A stretch of DNA of 64,000 nucleotides. It comes from an uncultured Planctomycetaceae bacterium. GTDB lineage: Bacteria; Planctomycetota; Planctomycetia; Isosphaerales; Isosphaeraceae. The notes below the pieces were generated by a model. That model searched no databases, was not told the origin of the DNA, and saw nothing but the letters and a program-made list of their open reading frames with translations. Of this stretch, positions 1-9,600 are shown piece by piece. The stretch spans positions 4,672,001-4,736,000 of the forward strand of contig CAWIAD010000002.1 in the NCBI GenBank assembly GCA_963833985.1, in the 5' to 3' direction. Numbering within the stretch: position 1 is the first letter of the stretch; every line of letters starts with the position of its first letter. Both the position numbers and the translations under genes were made by a program.

Positions 1-689
1 TCTGTGTGCTCTGTGGTTCGATCGGTGGAGTGGGCGCCGGGCGGTAGGCCGTGAAAAGTTGTTTTCGTGTGTTTCGTGGTTCCCTCCCCATCCTTCTCCG
101 TGCTTCGATCTTCCCCCTTCGTGTTCTTGGTGTTCTTCGTGGTTCCAACTCCGTCCATTTCCGCCATTTCGTAGGGTGGGTCAGCGGCGTACCCGTCGCG
201 CAACCCACCGTGATTCGGTCGGCACTCGGGATTGCTCTTCGTGTGTTTCGTGGTTCCTTCCCAATCCTTCTCCGTGGTGCGATCGGTGAAGTGGGCAGCG
301 GTTCTCGTTTCCTCCGTGATCTCTGTGTGCTCTGTGGTTTGTTGATCTTCTGATTTTATTTCCGCCAGTGCGATGAGCTGATCGAGCCAGCCGTCAGTGA
401 CCACGGCATCGTTGTTCAGCAGCACGAGATAATCTCCTCGCGCCGCCTTCAGCCCCTGGTTGACGGCCGCGGGGAAGCCGATGTTGTGCTCGTTGCGAAT
501 GATGGCCACGGGCATCGGCGCGACGTCCTGCACGCCGGCCAGGTAGCTCGCCGTGCCGTCGGACGAACCGTTGTCGACGACGATCAGCTCCCACGGCCGC
601 CTGGTGTGCCGCACCAGCGCCCGCAGGCAGTGCCGCGTGAACCCAACTTCATTGAAGCAAGGCACGACGATCGATGTGCTGGCCGCCAT
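1..689 (-). CDS. Glycosyltransferase family 2, 5' part (runs off the window start); contains a repeat-derived in-frame insertion
   Basis: Manual translation from ATG at 689 (GGAGG upstream): MAASTSIVVPCFNEVGFTRHCL...ELIVVDNGSSDGT...NIGFPAAVNQGLKAARGDYLVLLNNDAVVTDGWLDQLIALA. The frame stays open to position 1, so it is missing from the ORF track. Confidence 0.9.
   Translation of the reverse strand, partial: MAASTSIVVPCFNEVGFTRHCLRALVRHTRRPWELIVVDNGSSDGTASYLAGVQDVAPMPVAIIRNEHNIGFPAAVNQGLKAARGDYLVLLNNDAVVTDGWLDQLIALAEIKSEDQQTTEHTEITEETRTAAHFTDRTTEKDWEGTTKHTKSNPECRPNHGGLRDGYAADPPYEMAEMDGVGTTKNTKNTKGEDRSTEKDGEGTTKHTKTTFHGLPPGAHSTDRTTEHT
171..209 (+). repeat. GTAG-type REP-like palindrome
   Basis: GTAGGGTGGGTCAGCG...CGCAACCCACC hairpin; related copy in the opposite orientation at 23407-23436. 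Confidence 0.7.
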
Positions 690-769
690 GAGACCCTCCA
701 CCATGTACCGCCCGTTGCCTGCTGCTCACGATTCCCTGCCCACCGCCCGCTGTCGTCCGCCCACGGTCG

Positions 770-1066
770 CTACAGCCCCGCCTCGCGGCACAGGTACATG
801 ACCCTGGGCACGCCCCAGGAAATCACCGGCCTCAACTTGCCGGTCTCCGGGTCAGGCACCACGACCAGGAACCGTGCGGCACGGTCGTGAAACTCGGTGA
901 CCTGGCCGGTCTCACTGGTGATGCGGAAGACGCGCCTTGCCTCGTCGTGCTCCCAGGTCACGTCCGGCGGAGTGGGGGCATCGACGGAAAGCAACTGCCC
1001 CTCCGGGTCGTAATGAAAGGTGGCGAGAAAGGAGTCTGGTTCATGATCCTTGCCCGTATCGCTCAT
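770..1066 (-). CDS. Small protein with degenerate YD/Rhs-like repeats
   Basis: FHYDPEGQLLSVD...WEHDEARRVFRITSETGQVTEFHD resembles YD repeats; lies at the end of the Rhs locus; start uncertain. Confidence 0.45.
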   Translation of the reverse strand: MSDTGKDHEPDSFLATFHYDPEGQLLSVDAPTPPDVTWEHDEARRVFRITSETGQVTEFHDRAARFLVVVPDPETGKLRPVISWGVPRVMYLCREAGL

Positions 1067-1383
1067 GGGTGCGCTCCAGAAAGTCGTGTGAGAATCGCAA
1101 GGCATGGTACACGAGGCTGCGGCGCTCTGGGGCGTCAATCGTCGTCGGTTTGCAGCGTTATCAGTAACACATCCAATTCTCTTGCTCTTTGCGGGAGGGC
1201 GTGCCGCATTGCAGGGATCTTTGCGTAATAGCTTGATGGATCATTTTCACAGCGCGAAATTGCATGTCTTGGCCATGTCGCCTGGTATCATCCTTGGCTT
1301 CCCCGGCGATTGGAACTACACGTTAACCCAAGCGACAAAAGAAGACGATCAAGTTGTTTCTGGGCGCATCCCAACCTCACGAA

Positions 1384-1746
1384 CTATCTCAACTGGCTAT
1401 GGCCCCCACTAAGCACGCGCGGGGGAATCGGACGAAGGAATAACAACCGCCACGGATTACTCAAGAGGACGTTCAGCCTTTGCTTCTCGACCTGCAACCG
1501 ATCCATATCGCGACGCGCTGTCTCGTTCCTAGATTCGGCATGCTGGAAGGTCGATACCGACCGCGCGTGGTCCATATGAAATTGCGACATCCCCTCATCG
1601 AACACGGCGCATTCAAGCTGGTAGTTCACCTCTTCCAGCTCCTCTCGTGTATAGCGCACCTTTCTAACAAAATCAACGATTGCTAGAGCCAGCGCTATAA
1701 GCGCAATACTAAGCATGAATCGGCGCATAGTACATCGAATGGTCAC
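1384..1746 (-). CDS. Putative immunity protein for Rhs orphan 2 (N-terminal membrane anchor, helical)
   Basis: Starts 16 bp after the orphan-2 stop; lower GC; TMRRFMLSIALIALALAIV hydrophobic N-terminus of a type common in planctomycete small proteins. Confidence 0.6.
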   Translation of the reverse strand: MTIRCTMRRFMLSIALIALALAIVDFVRKVRYTREELEEVNYQLECAVFDEGMSQFHMDHARSVSTFQHAESRNETARRDMDRLQVEKQRLNVLLSNPWRLLFLRPIPPRVLSGGHSQLR

Positions 1747-1762
1747 GGTGCGGCACCTCTTT

Positions 1763-3376
1763 TTAGAAGATCGGCAACGAGGCAGAAATTACCAGGATCT
1801 GTGCTCTCACGTATGCCTGATCCGCCGTTGCTTCCTCCTCTAAGAGGGCTCTTGCGTATTCCCTTTGATTAAACCTGCTTATCTCGATGAGGTGGCGTAG
1901 CTCAGCGAGCCTAGCGGCATTGTCCTTGCCGAAGTCTTTTGTTTCTGTGTTCAGACGAGTGCGTTCCTGTTTGTATAGATCTTCTTGCTGCTCTTCCTGC
2001 GCCAGCCCCTGATCCGCCTGTTCCGCGCCCTCATCGGCTTCTTCCATCTCGGCAATCGCAATGTCGTACGTGTATCTGAGGATTTGGTAATACGTGCTCG
2101 TGGAGGCCTGTCCTCCCGCTTGTTCTCCTTCCTGACCATTTTCCTGAATGTGCCCACTTCGATCAAACGTGTCCGTCGGAGCGTTGAACACGTATCGATA
2201 GAGGTTTGTGTCTCGACCCGCAAACCCTATGGCGTCGCGCTGGAGAAATCTACCGGTTCCTACCCCATACCACCTCGCATGATCATAATACTGCCCGATG
2301 GCCGCGTCCCACTCCATCCCCGCGAACTTGAACCGGTCGCCGTTCGTACCTCCGCTGCTCTCGCTGAGGATAGTTCCGTAGCTGTCGTAGACCACATGGT
2401 CGATGCTCGTGCCGGAGGTGTTCACGATGTCGCGCACGCTTCCTAACCTGTCGCCCAGATACCATGCTGTTGTGCCACCGGAGCTGGTACGAGCGAAGAT
2501 GTCGTTGATTCCGGGGCCGGAGACGTATCGGGTGAGCAGCGTGCCGGAGCTGTTGAAGTCGGCGTAGGGGTTGGCGTCGGCGCCCTGGCCGTCGTACACG
2601 GTCCACATCTGCGTGCCGTTGGTGTCCACGCCGATGCGGTGATCCAGCGCATCGTAGGTGTACGTCACTTGTTCCAGCGTGGTGCCGCCCGAGTTTTTCT
2701 CCACCGCGCTGGTCATCCGGTTGCGGTCGTCGTAGCCGAAGGTCCAGACGTCGTGAGTGGAGAGCTGCGTCTCGCCGATCGTGTTGCCTTCCTTGTCATA
2801 CGTGAACGTGTAGCCGCCGCCGGACTTTAGCTCGTTACCCGTGCCGGTGGTGTAGCCGGTCATGTTCCGGTTCCCACCCGAGTCATAGCTATAGTTTTCC
2901 GTCCGCGAGCCTCGTGCGGTCAGTAGTTCACCACCGCAGTCATAGCCGTACGTGACGGTCCCCTCGGCGTTGACCTCGGTGGTCACGCGGTTGGCGGTGT
3001 CGTAGCCATAAACATACGTTGAGAGTGCCGTGCCGGTGCCCGTCTGGTCGGTGATCGTGCCGACACGGTTGGCCGGGTCGTAGACGATCGAGGTGTTCAC
3101 AGACGTGCCCGAGCCGCCGATGGTGCGGTCGATCGAGGTGAGCCGGTTGCCCGGGTCGTACCCCAGCACCACCTGCGGCCCGGCGCTGCCGTTGTAGCTG
3201 GCCGAGATGTTCGTCAGCCGAAAAGCAGGGTCGTACTGGAAGGTCGTCACGCCGACATTCCCCGTGATGTTGTCCGTCAAGCTGGTGCGGTCGTGGTACG
3301 CGTCGTAGCCGGAGCTCAATGTCACGCTCGGCTGGTGGCTGCCCGGACCCGACGTGGAGTCGGTGAGCTGGTTGCC
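1763..3376 (-). CDS. Orphan Rhs module 2 (3' core fragment + distinct C-terminal tip)
   Basis: Near-identical to the main Rhs from GNQLTDSTSG onward (~3376); Rhs core motif NLYRYVFNAPTDTFDRSG followed by a unique acidic helical tip. The ORF track extends to 3496 through non-homologous sequence. Confidence 0.85.
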   Translation of the reverse strand, partial: GNQLTDSTSGPGSHQPSVTLSSGYDAYHDRTSLTDNITGNVGVTTFQYDPAFRLTNISASYNGSAGPQVVLGYDPGNRLTSIDRTIGGSGTSVNTSIVYDPANRVGTITDQTGTGTALSTYVYGYDTANRVTTEVNAEGTVTYGYDCGGELLTARGSRTENYSYDSGGNRNMTGYTTGTGNELKSGGGYTFTYDKEGNTIGETQLSTHDVWTFGYDDRNRMTSAVEKNSGGTTLEQVTYTYDALDHRIGVDTNGTQMWTVYDGQGADANPYADFNSSGTLLTRYVSGPGINDIFARTSSGGTTAWYLGDRLGSVRDIVNTSGTSIDHVVYDSYGTILSESSGGTNGDRFKFAGMEWDAAIGQYYDHARWYGVGTGRFLQRDAIGFAGRDTNLYRYVFNAPTDTFDRSGHIQENGQEGEQAGGQASTSTYYQILRYTYDIAIAEMEEADEGAEQADQGLAQEEQQEDLYKQERTRLNTETKDFGKDNAARLAELRHLIEISRFNQREYARALLEEEATADQAYVRAQILVISASLPIF

Positions 3377-3520
3377 TCGAATCCTCGTGAGTCGAATTAC
3401 GGACACGTTCAAGGCTTTATCCATTCTGCGCAATTTGCTCGCGATCAGAGGAACGTCCCCTTCAGCCTCCTTGTCCCTTTTAGCTTTCACGTACAACGCT
3501 CAGTAGTGCCCCGGTTGGCT

Positions 3521-3982
3521 TTATTGCACATTGAGATCCTCGTCTCGCGGAATGAGGTAGAGGTCGAGCGAGAGGTCCAAGTTGAGCTGTCCTAGCCTGC
3601 CAAGTTGCGACGGGTATAGATTGACCACGCCGAGGCCCTGACTTGACGCCCAGAAGCAAGATACTCTCGTCACACACCGACGCGCTTGAAGCTGCGAGAA
3701 CTCATGGCGCGATGGCCAAAGCTTGTCCAGGATCCAGTCGACGTGTCGCCCGAGGTCCCTTGAATCGACGATCCCCTTCGACGAAAGGAACCAAGCGGTT
3801 ACCGGGTACGACCGTTGCAATCGCTCGTGCACACGTTCGCCGCGACGCTGAATCTGGCTTGGTGATATACCCAAACTCGCAGTGACCAAATCCGGATCGA
3901 TTTCCTCGCTGTAGATGCAAAGTGTCGCGTATGTCCTAGAGCACGTCTCGGTTTGGTCGCAGTATCGCTCGTTATTTGGCAA
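3521..3982 (-). CDS. DUF4279-like protein, putative immunity for Rhs orphan 1
   Basis: TYATLCIYSEEIDPDLVTASLGISPS...AWFLSS...HVDWILDKL pattern typical of DUF4279; directly downstream of the orphan-1 tip; start (TTG 3982) uncertain. Confidence 0.65.
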   Translation of the reverse strand: MPNNERYCDQTETCSRTYATLCIYSEEIDPDLVTASLGISPSQIQRRGERVHERLQRSYPVTAWFLSSKGIVDSRDLGRHVDWILDKLWPSRHEFSQLQARRCVTRVSCFWASSQGLGVVNLYPSQLGRLGQLNLDLSLDLYLIPRDEDLNVQ

Positions 3983-4151
3983 TGGCCCCGCCCCCGCCCG
4001 TCCGCGTCTTTGTTTTCTTGCCGCCCCGAGCCCTGCCCAGGAGATGCTCACCTTCCGGCGCGGGTGCACCGGTGTGCACCAAGTATGATCGATCACGAAG
4101 TGGCGACCGGGAAACGCAGTGACCGCGTCTACGCTTGTCCCGGCCTCCGAC

Positions 4152-5831
4152 CTACGTGTCTGGCGGGCAGTATCTCGGATCGACTTGCCACATCTGCCAC
4201 TCAAATATGAAAAACGGGGCGACTGACACGGTCCCACGGCTCCGACCGAGCTCCACCAGCTCCCTGGCCAGCACTTCCCACTGCGAATAGCTCAGGTTAT
4301 CATTGGGGCTTCTGCCAGTAGAATCCTTGAAATCATGCCCATAATCCGAGAGCTCGTATGGATTCAGGTTGTACCTCTTGGCCAGTTCCACGATGATCTT
4401 CCATCCCGAGGTCGCACTGAGCGTAGGAGTGGGGCCGGGCCTTGTGGGCGCCTGAGGCGGCACTGGTGGCGACGCCCGCCCAGGCCTGTTATGGCTTGGC
4501 GTCATGCCCTGCACGGGCTCATCCGCCGCCGTTCCACCGCCGCTCATCCCGCTCGGGTCAGTGTAAGCAAGCGGCCGATCAGCCGCATAGCGGTAGACGT
4601 TGTCGTCCCCGGCCGAGAGACCCAGCGGATCCTGCTCCGCAAACCTCCCGACCCCCGCCTCATACCACCTCGCATGGTCATAATACTGCCCAATCGCCGC
4701 ATCCCACTCCATCCCCGTGAACTTGAACCGGTCGCCGTTGGATCCTCCGCTGCTCTCGGAGAGGATATTGCCGTAGCTGTCGTACACGACGTGGTCGATG
4801 CTCGTGCCCGAGGTGCTCACGATGTCGCGCACGCTTCCTAACCTGTCGGCCAGATACCAGGCGGTTGTGCCGCCCGAGCTGGTGCGGGCGAAGAGCTCGT
4901 CGACGGCCGGGCCGGAGACGTATCGGGTGAGCAGCGTGCCGGAGCTGTTGAAGTCGGCGTAGGGGTTGGCGTCGGCGCCCTGGCCGTCGTAAACGGTCCA
5001 CATCTGCGTGCCGTTGGTGTCCACGCCGATGCGGTGATCCAGCGCATCGTAGGTGTACGTCACTTGTTCCAGCGTGGTGCCGCCCGAGTTTTTCTCCACC
5101 GCGCTGGTCATCCGGTTGCGGTCGTCGTAGCCGAAGGTCCAGACGTCGTGAGTGGAGAGCTGCGTCTCGCCGATCGTGTTGCCTTCCTTGTCGTACGTGA
5201 ACGTGTAGCCGCCGCCGGACTTTAGCTCGTTACCCGTGCCGGTGGTGTAACCCGTCATGGTGCGGTTGCCACCCGAGTCATAGCTGTAGTTTTCCGTCCG
5301 CGAGCCGCGGGCGGTCAGTAGTTCACCACCGGAGTCATAGCCGTACGTGACGGTCCCCTCGGCGTTGACCTCGGTGGTCACGCGGTTGGCGTTGTCGTAG
5401 CCATAAACATACGTTGAGAGTGCCGTGCCGGTGCCCGTCTGGTCGGTGATCGTGCCGACACGGTTGGCCGGGTCGTAGACGATCGAGGTGTTCACAGACG
5501 TGCCCGAGCCGCCGATGGTCCGCGAGATTGACGTCTCGCGGTTGCCCGGGTCGTACCCCAGCACCACCTGCGGCCCGGCGCTGCCGTTGTAGCTGGCCGA
5601 GATGTTCGTCAGCCGAAACGCAGGGTCGTACTGGAAGGTCGTCACGCCGACATTCCCCGTGATGTTGTCCGTCAAACTGGTGCGGTCGTGGTACGCGTCG
5701 TAGCCGGAGCTCAATGTCACGCTCGGCTGGTGCGTGCCACCGCCCGACGTCGAGTCGGTCAGCATGTTGCCGGCGGAGTCGTAGGTATGGGTGATGGTAG
5801 CGTAGTTGGTCAAAACAACGACTCCTGACAC
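4152..5831 (-). CDS. Orphan Rhs module 1 (3' core fragment + distinct C-terminal tip)
   Basis: YD repeats nearly identical to the main Rhs; NVYRYAADRPLAYTDPSG core end, then a Pro-rich linker and a small helical domain. Confidence 0.85.
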   Translation of the reverse strand: MSGVVVLTNYATITHTYDSAGNMLTDSTSGGGTHQPSVTLSSGYDAYHDRTSLTDNITGNVGVTTFQYDPAFRLTNISASYNGSAGPQVVLGYDPGNRETSISRTIGGSGTSVNTSIVYDPANRVGTITDQTGTGTALSTYVYGYDNANRVTTEVNAEGTVTYGYDSGGELLTARGSRTENYSYDSGGNRTMTGYTTGTGNELKSGGGYTFTYDKEGNTIGETQLSTHDVWTFGYDDRNRMTSAVEKNSGGTTLEQVTYTYDALDHRIGVDTNGTQMWTVYDGQGADANPYADFNSSGTLLTRYVSGPAVDELFARTSSGGTTAWYLADRLGSVRDIVSTSGTSIDHVVYDSYGNILSESSGGSNGDRFKFTGMEWDAAIGQYYDHARWYEAGVGRFAEQDPLGLSAGDDNVYRYAADRPLAYTDPSGMSGGGTAADEPVQGMTPSHNRPGRASPPVPPQAPTRPGPTPTLSATSGWKIIVELAKRYNLNPYELSDYGHDFKDSTGRSPNDNLSYSQWEVLARELVELGRSRGTVSVAPFFIFEWQMWQVDPRYCPPDT

Positions 5832-5928
5832 CTTATCCCTCCCGCCTTCGACAAGGTTCTGCCAAAGTGGAACTACCGCGCCGTTCTGAGGGAATCATGA
5901 AATCGGGAGGTTATTCCCGGCCCGTTCC

Positions 5929-6411
5929 TTATCGGATCTGACCTCGCGAAGCCGTCCCCGCAGAGCCGAAGCGCAGATTGACCCCGCAGGTGCGGACAAG
6001 CCTTCTTGCGGTCCAGAGTGCGCCAGCGACACCCACTGCGAGTCCCACCACATTAAGCTCAGGCGTACCGTCGGGGTCGATTACAACGAAAAATCTGAAA
6101 CCAGGCGCGAGAGTGCTGTAGAGGAGCAAGAAGATCAAGTCCGGCGTTCCTATGAGGAAAACAGCGAGAGCAAGTGACCTTACCAGTATTCGAGCATTCG
6201 CACGACAGCTTAAGAATCGGCGACCGTCACGGCGAAGCTGTTCCGAGTGTATAGAGCAAAAAAGAGTGCCCACACTGGCTACAATGAGGGCAGCACCGAT
6301 ATGTGGATCCCCGGTTTCTAGGCTGACGCGTCCGTAGAAAACGAGTGCGAGTGCGATCCATAGAACCAGCGCGGATGTCTCGCATGTATTGTAGGGCGGA
6401 AAGTGTCTCAT
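5929..6411 (-). CDS. Multi-pass membrane protein, putative immunity for the main Rhs tip
   Basis: About four hydrophobic segments; lower GC; first gene downstream of the full-length Rhs. Confidence 0.55.
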   Translation of the reverse strand: MRHFPPYNTCETSALVLWIALALVFYGRVSLETGDPHIGAALIVASVGTLFCSIHSEQLRRDGRRFLSCRANARILVRSLALAVFLIGTPDLIFLLLYSTLAPGFRFFVVIDPDGTPELNVVGLAVGVAGALWTARRLVRTCGVNLRFGSAGTASRGQIR

Positions 6412-6694
6412 GCGGTCTGCCTTTTCGCAGTCCTGTGCCCAGAATCACAGAGTGTTCTAGGGACGATTATTTATCAGGCGGCGCATAGCGTAATGCTATC
6501 TCGCAATGAGTGACGAGCGCTCATGAAGTCGAGGGCGGAGGGCCTGCTATTTCAAGCCCATGCTCCGAGCTTTGGGGGCAATAGCCGGCCCCGGACAAAT
6601 TTATGAACCTAGATGAAGGCTCAAGATTAATCTGCTTTGGCACGCTCGCGCCTGAAGCCATATCGGACCTGTGATGTGACTTTTGCTCTCCTGC

Positions 6695-9600
6695 TTAGAA
6701 TGGGGCGTAGGGTATGTGCTGTCGATTTAAGGACTTCCAGTAAATCTGGTACTTGAAGAAATCGCTCCAAAGACCGGAATTTCTCGCATATTTAGCCAGT
6801 TGTTCCGCCACATACTCGGCGTAGTGCTCCGGGTCGTAGCTTTGCCTGTTCGGGTAGGGCCTTACGTACGGATCGGGAACACCATGTTCGTAGTAATCAT
6901 GGTAACTCTCGTGGAGAAGTGTCTTAACTTGCTGGTTTGGATCCGTGTTGTAGAAAAAATCACTTGATAGATATAGTATTCCACGCTTAGCTCCGGCAAT
7001 GTTCTTTTGACTTGGATCGGAGTAAAGCCGAATCTGCATCTTCGACAGGTGCCCGACAAGGTCAGCATACATTCCCCCCTTATACTCGTCGGGAATTGTC
7101 ACCCAATTAACGGCGGCCATGGCCTGCACCAGCCTCGAGATGTACTGACGTTCGGCCTCGTTCAAAAGTTCGGAATTGGGCTGCGTTACTTTGTAAATCC
7201 CATAAACCACGTAGCTGTAGGCTCTTTCGTACCACGTCAGGTTCTGGCCGGATTGAACCTGTGTCGGAGACTGGTAGCATCCCGTCGGGTCAACGAATAA
7301 GGTTGTGCAGTTACTTACATATGCGTACAGATTTGGTAATTGATCGGATGATCCCAGTGGATCCTCTTGCACAAACCTACCTGCCATCGCCGAGTAGGAG
7401 CGTGCATGATCATAGTACTGCTCGATCGCCGCATCCCACTCCATGCCCGCGAACTTGAACCGATCGCCGTTGGAGCCCCCGCTGCTCTCGGAGAGGATAT
7501 TGCCGTAGCTGTCGTAGACGACGTGATCGATGCTCGTGCCGGACGTATTGACGATGTCGCGAACGCTTCCTAACCTGTCGGCCAGGTACCAGGCGGTTGT
7601 GCCGCCCGAGCTGGTGCGGGCGAAGAGCTCGTCGACGGCTGGGCCGGAGACATATCGCGTCAGTAATGTCCCTGAGCCGTTGAAGTCGGCGTAGGGGTTG
7701 GCGTCGGCGCCCTTTCCGTCGTACACGGTCCACATCTGAGTGCTGTTGGTGTCCACGCCGATGCGATGGTTCAGGGCATCATACGTATACGTTACCTGCT
7801 GGAGCGTCGTCCCGCCCGAATTCTTCTCCACGGCGCTTGTCATCCGGTTGCGATCGTCGTAGCCGAACGTCCAGACGTCGTGAGTCGAGAGCTGCGTCTC
7901 GCCGATCGTGTTGCCTTCCTTGTCGTACGTGAACGTGTAGCCGCCGCCGGAGCTCAACTCGTTGCCCGTGCCCGTGGTGTAGCCGGTCATGTTCCGGTTC
8001 CCACCCGAGTCATAGCTATAGTTTTCCGTCCGCGAGCCGCGGGCTGTCAGTAGTTCACCACCGGAGTCATAGCCGTACGTGACCGTCCCCTCGGCGTTGA
8101 CCTCGGTGGTCACGCGGTTGGCGTTGTCGTAGCCATAAACATACGTTGAGAGTGCCGTGCCGGTGCCCGTCTGGTCGGTGATCGTGCCGACACGGTTGGC
8201 CGGATCGTAGACGATCGAGGTGTTCACAGACGTGCCCGAGCCGCCGATGGTCCGCGAGATTGACGTCTCGCGGTTGCCCGGGTCGTACCCCAGCACCACC
8301 TGCGGGCCGGCGCTGCCGTTGTAGCTGGCCGAGATGGTCGTCAGCCGAAACGCAGGGTCGTACTGGAACGTCGTCACGCCGACATTCCCCGTGATGTTGT
8401 CCGTCAAGCTGGTGCGGTCGTGGTACGCGTCGTAACCGGAAGTCAATGTCACGCTCGGCTGGTGGCTGCCCGGACCCGACGTGGAGTCGGTGAGCTGGTT
8501 GCCACCCGAGTCATAGGTGAAGCTCAGGGTCGCGTAGTTATCCGTGATCTTGGTCAGCTCGTTATCGGCGTTGTAGGTGATCGTGATCAGGTTGGTCGTG
8601 CCGCCGGAGGCGCTGTACCAGGTCTCGCCAGTCTCCTGGCCTCCCAAGTCGTACGAGTACGTCACCACCCGGCCGTTGCGGTCGGTCGAGGCCGTGAGCT
8701 GGTCATCATAGTTGTACAGGTAGGTCGCCGTGTTACCCAGCGGATCGGTCATCGTGGTCAAACGGTCGGCCGAGTCGTAGCCCCAGGTCGTGTGGTTGCC
8801 CAGCGGATCGGTCAGAGTCGTCATCCTCCCGGCCGCGTCATAAGCCATGGTGGTGGTGTTGCCCAGCGGGTCGATGATCGTCGTGGCGCGGTTGTCGGCG
8901 TCGTAGAGCGTGGTCGTCACGTTCCCCAGCGCGTCCTTGACCGTCTGCTGGTTGCCGCCCGAATCGTAGCCGTAGACCGTGGTATGCCCCAGCGCGTCGG
9001 TCACGGTGGTCAACCGGTTCATCGTATCATAAGCATGTTGCGTCGCGTTGCTGTTAGCGTCGGTCATCCCCGTCATGTTGCCCACGCCGTCATAGACGTA
9101 GGTCGTGGTGTGGTTATTGGCGTCGGTGTAGGTGGTCAGCCGGTCGTCCTTGTCGTAATAGAACGATTGCGTCGAGCCCCCGCTGTGCCCGGGGTCCACC
9201 TCCGTCGATTCCTTGCCGGTGGGCGTGTAGGCGTAGGTCGTGATGTTCCCGAGGCCGTCCTCGACCGTCGCCACCCAGCCGCGGTAGTTGTACGCCGTCG
9301 TCGTGATCCGCCCCATCGGGTCGGCGACCTGGATCACCTGCCCCTCGGCGTCGTAGGTCGTGGTCGTCACCGCGTTGGCGCTGGCGGTCAAGGGGGCCGT
9401 GACCACCGTCGGACGGTTGAGGGCATCATACGATATGGACGTGATGCGGCTCATGGGATCGGTGATCTTGATCAGGTTGCCGCCCGAATCGTAACCGTAC
9501 ACCGTCACCCGCGACAGCGGCGCCGTGACGGTCACCGCGCGGTTCATCGCGTCGTAGGAGATGGTCGTCGTGCGCGCGACCTGAAGGGCCGGGGTCGGGT

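Noticed and set aside
2275..8500. Diversity-generating retroelement template/variable repeats
   Set aside because: Differences are not restricted to adenines, the repeats are about 1.1 kb of Rhs core, and the only RT in the window is a group II intron maturase.
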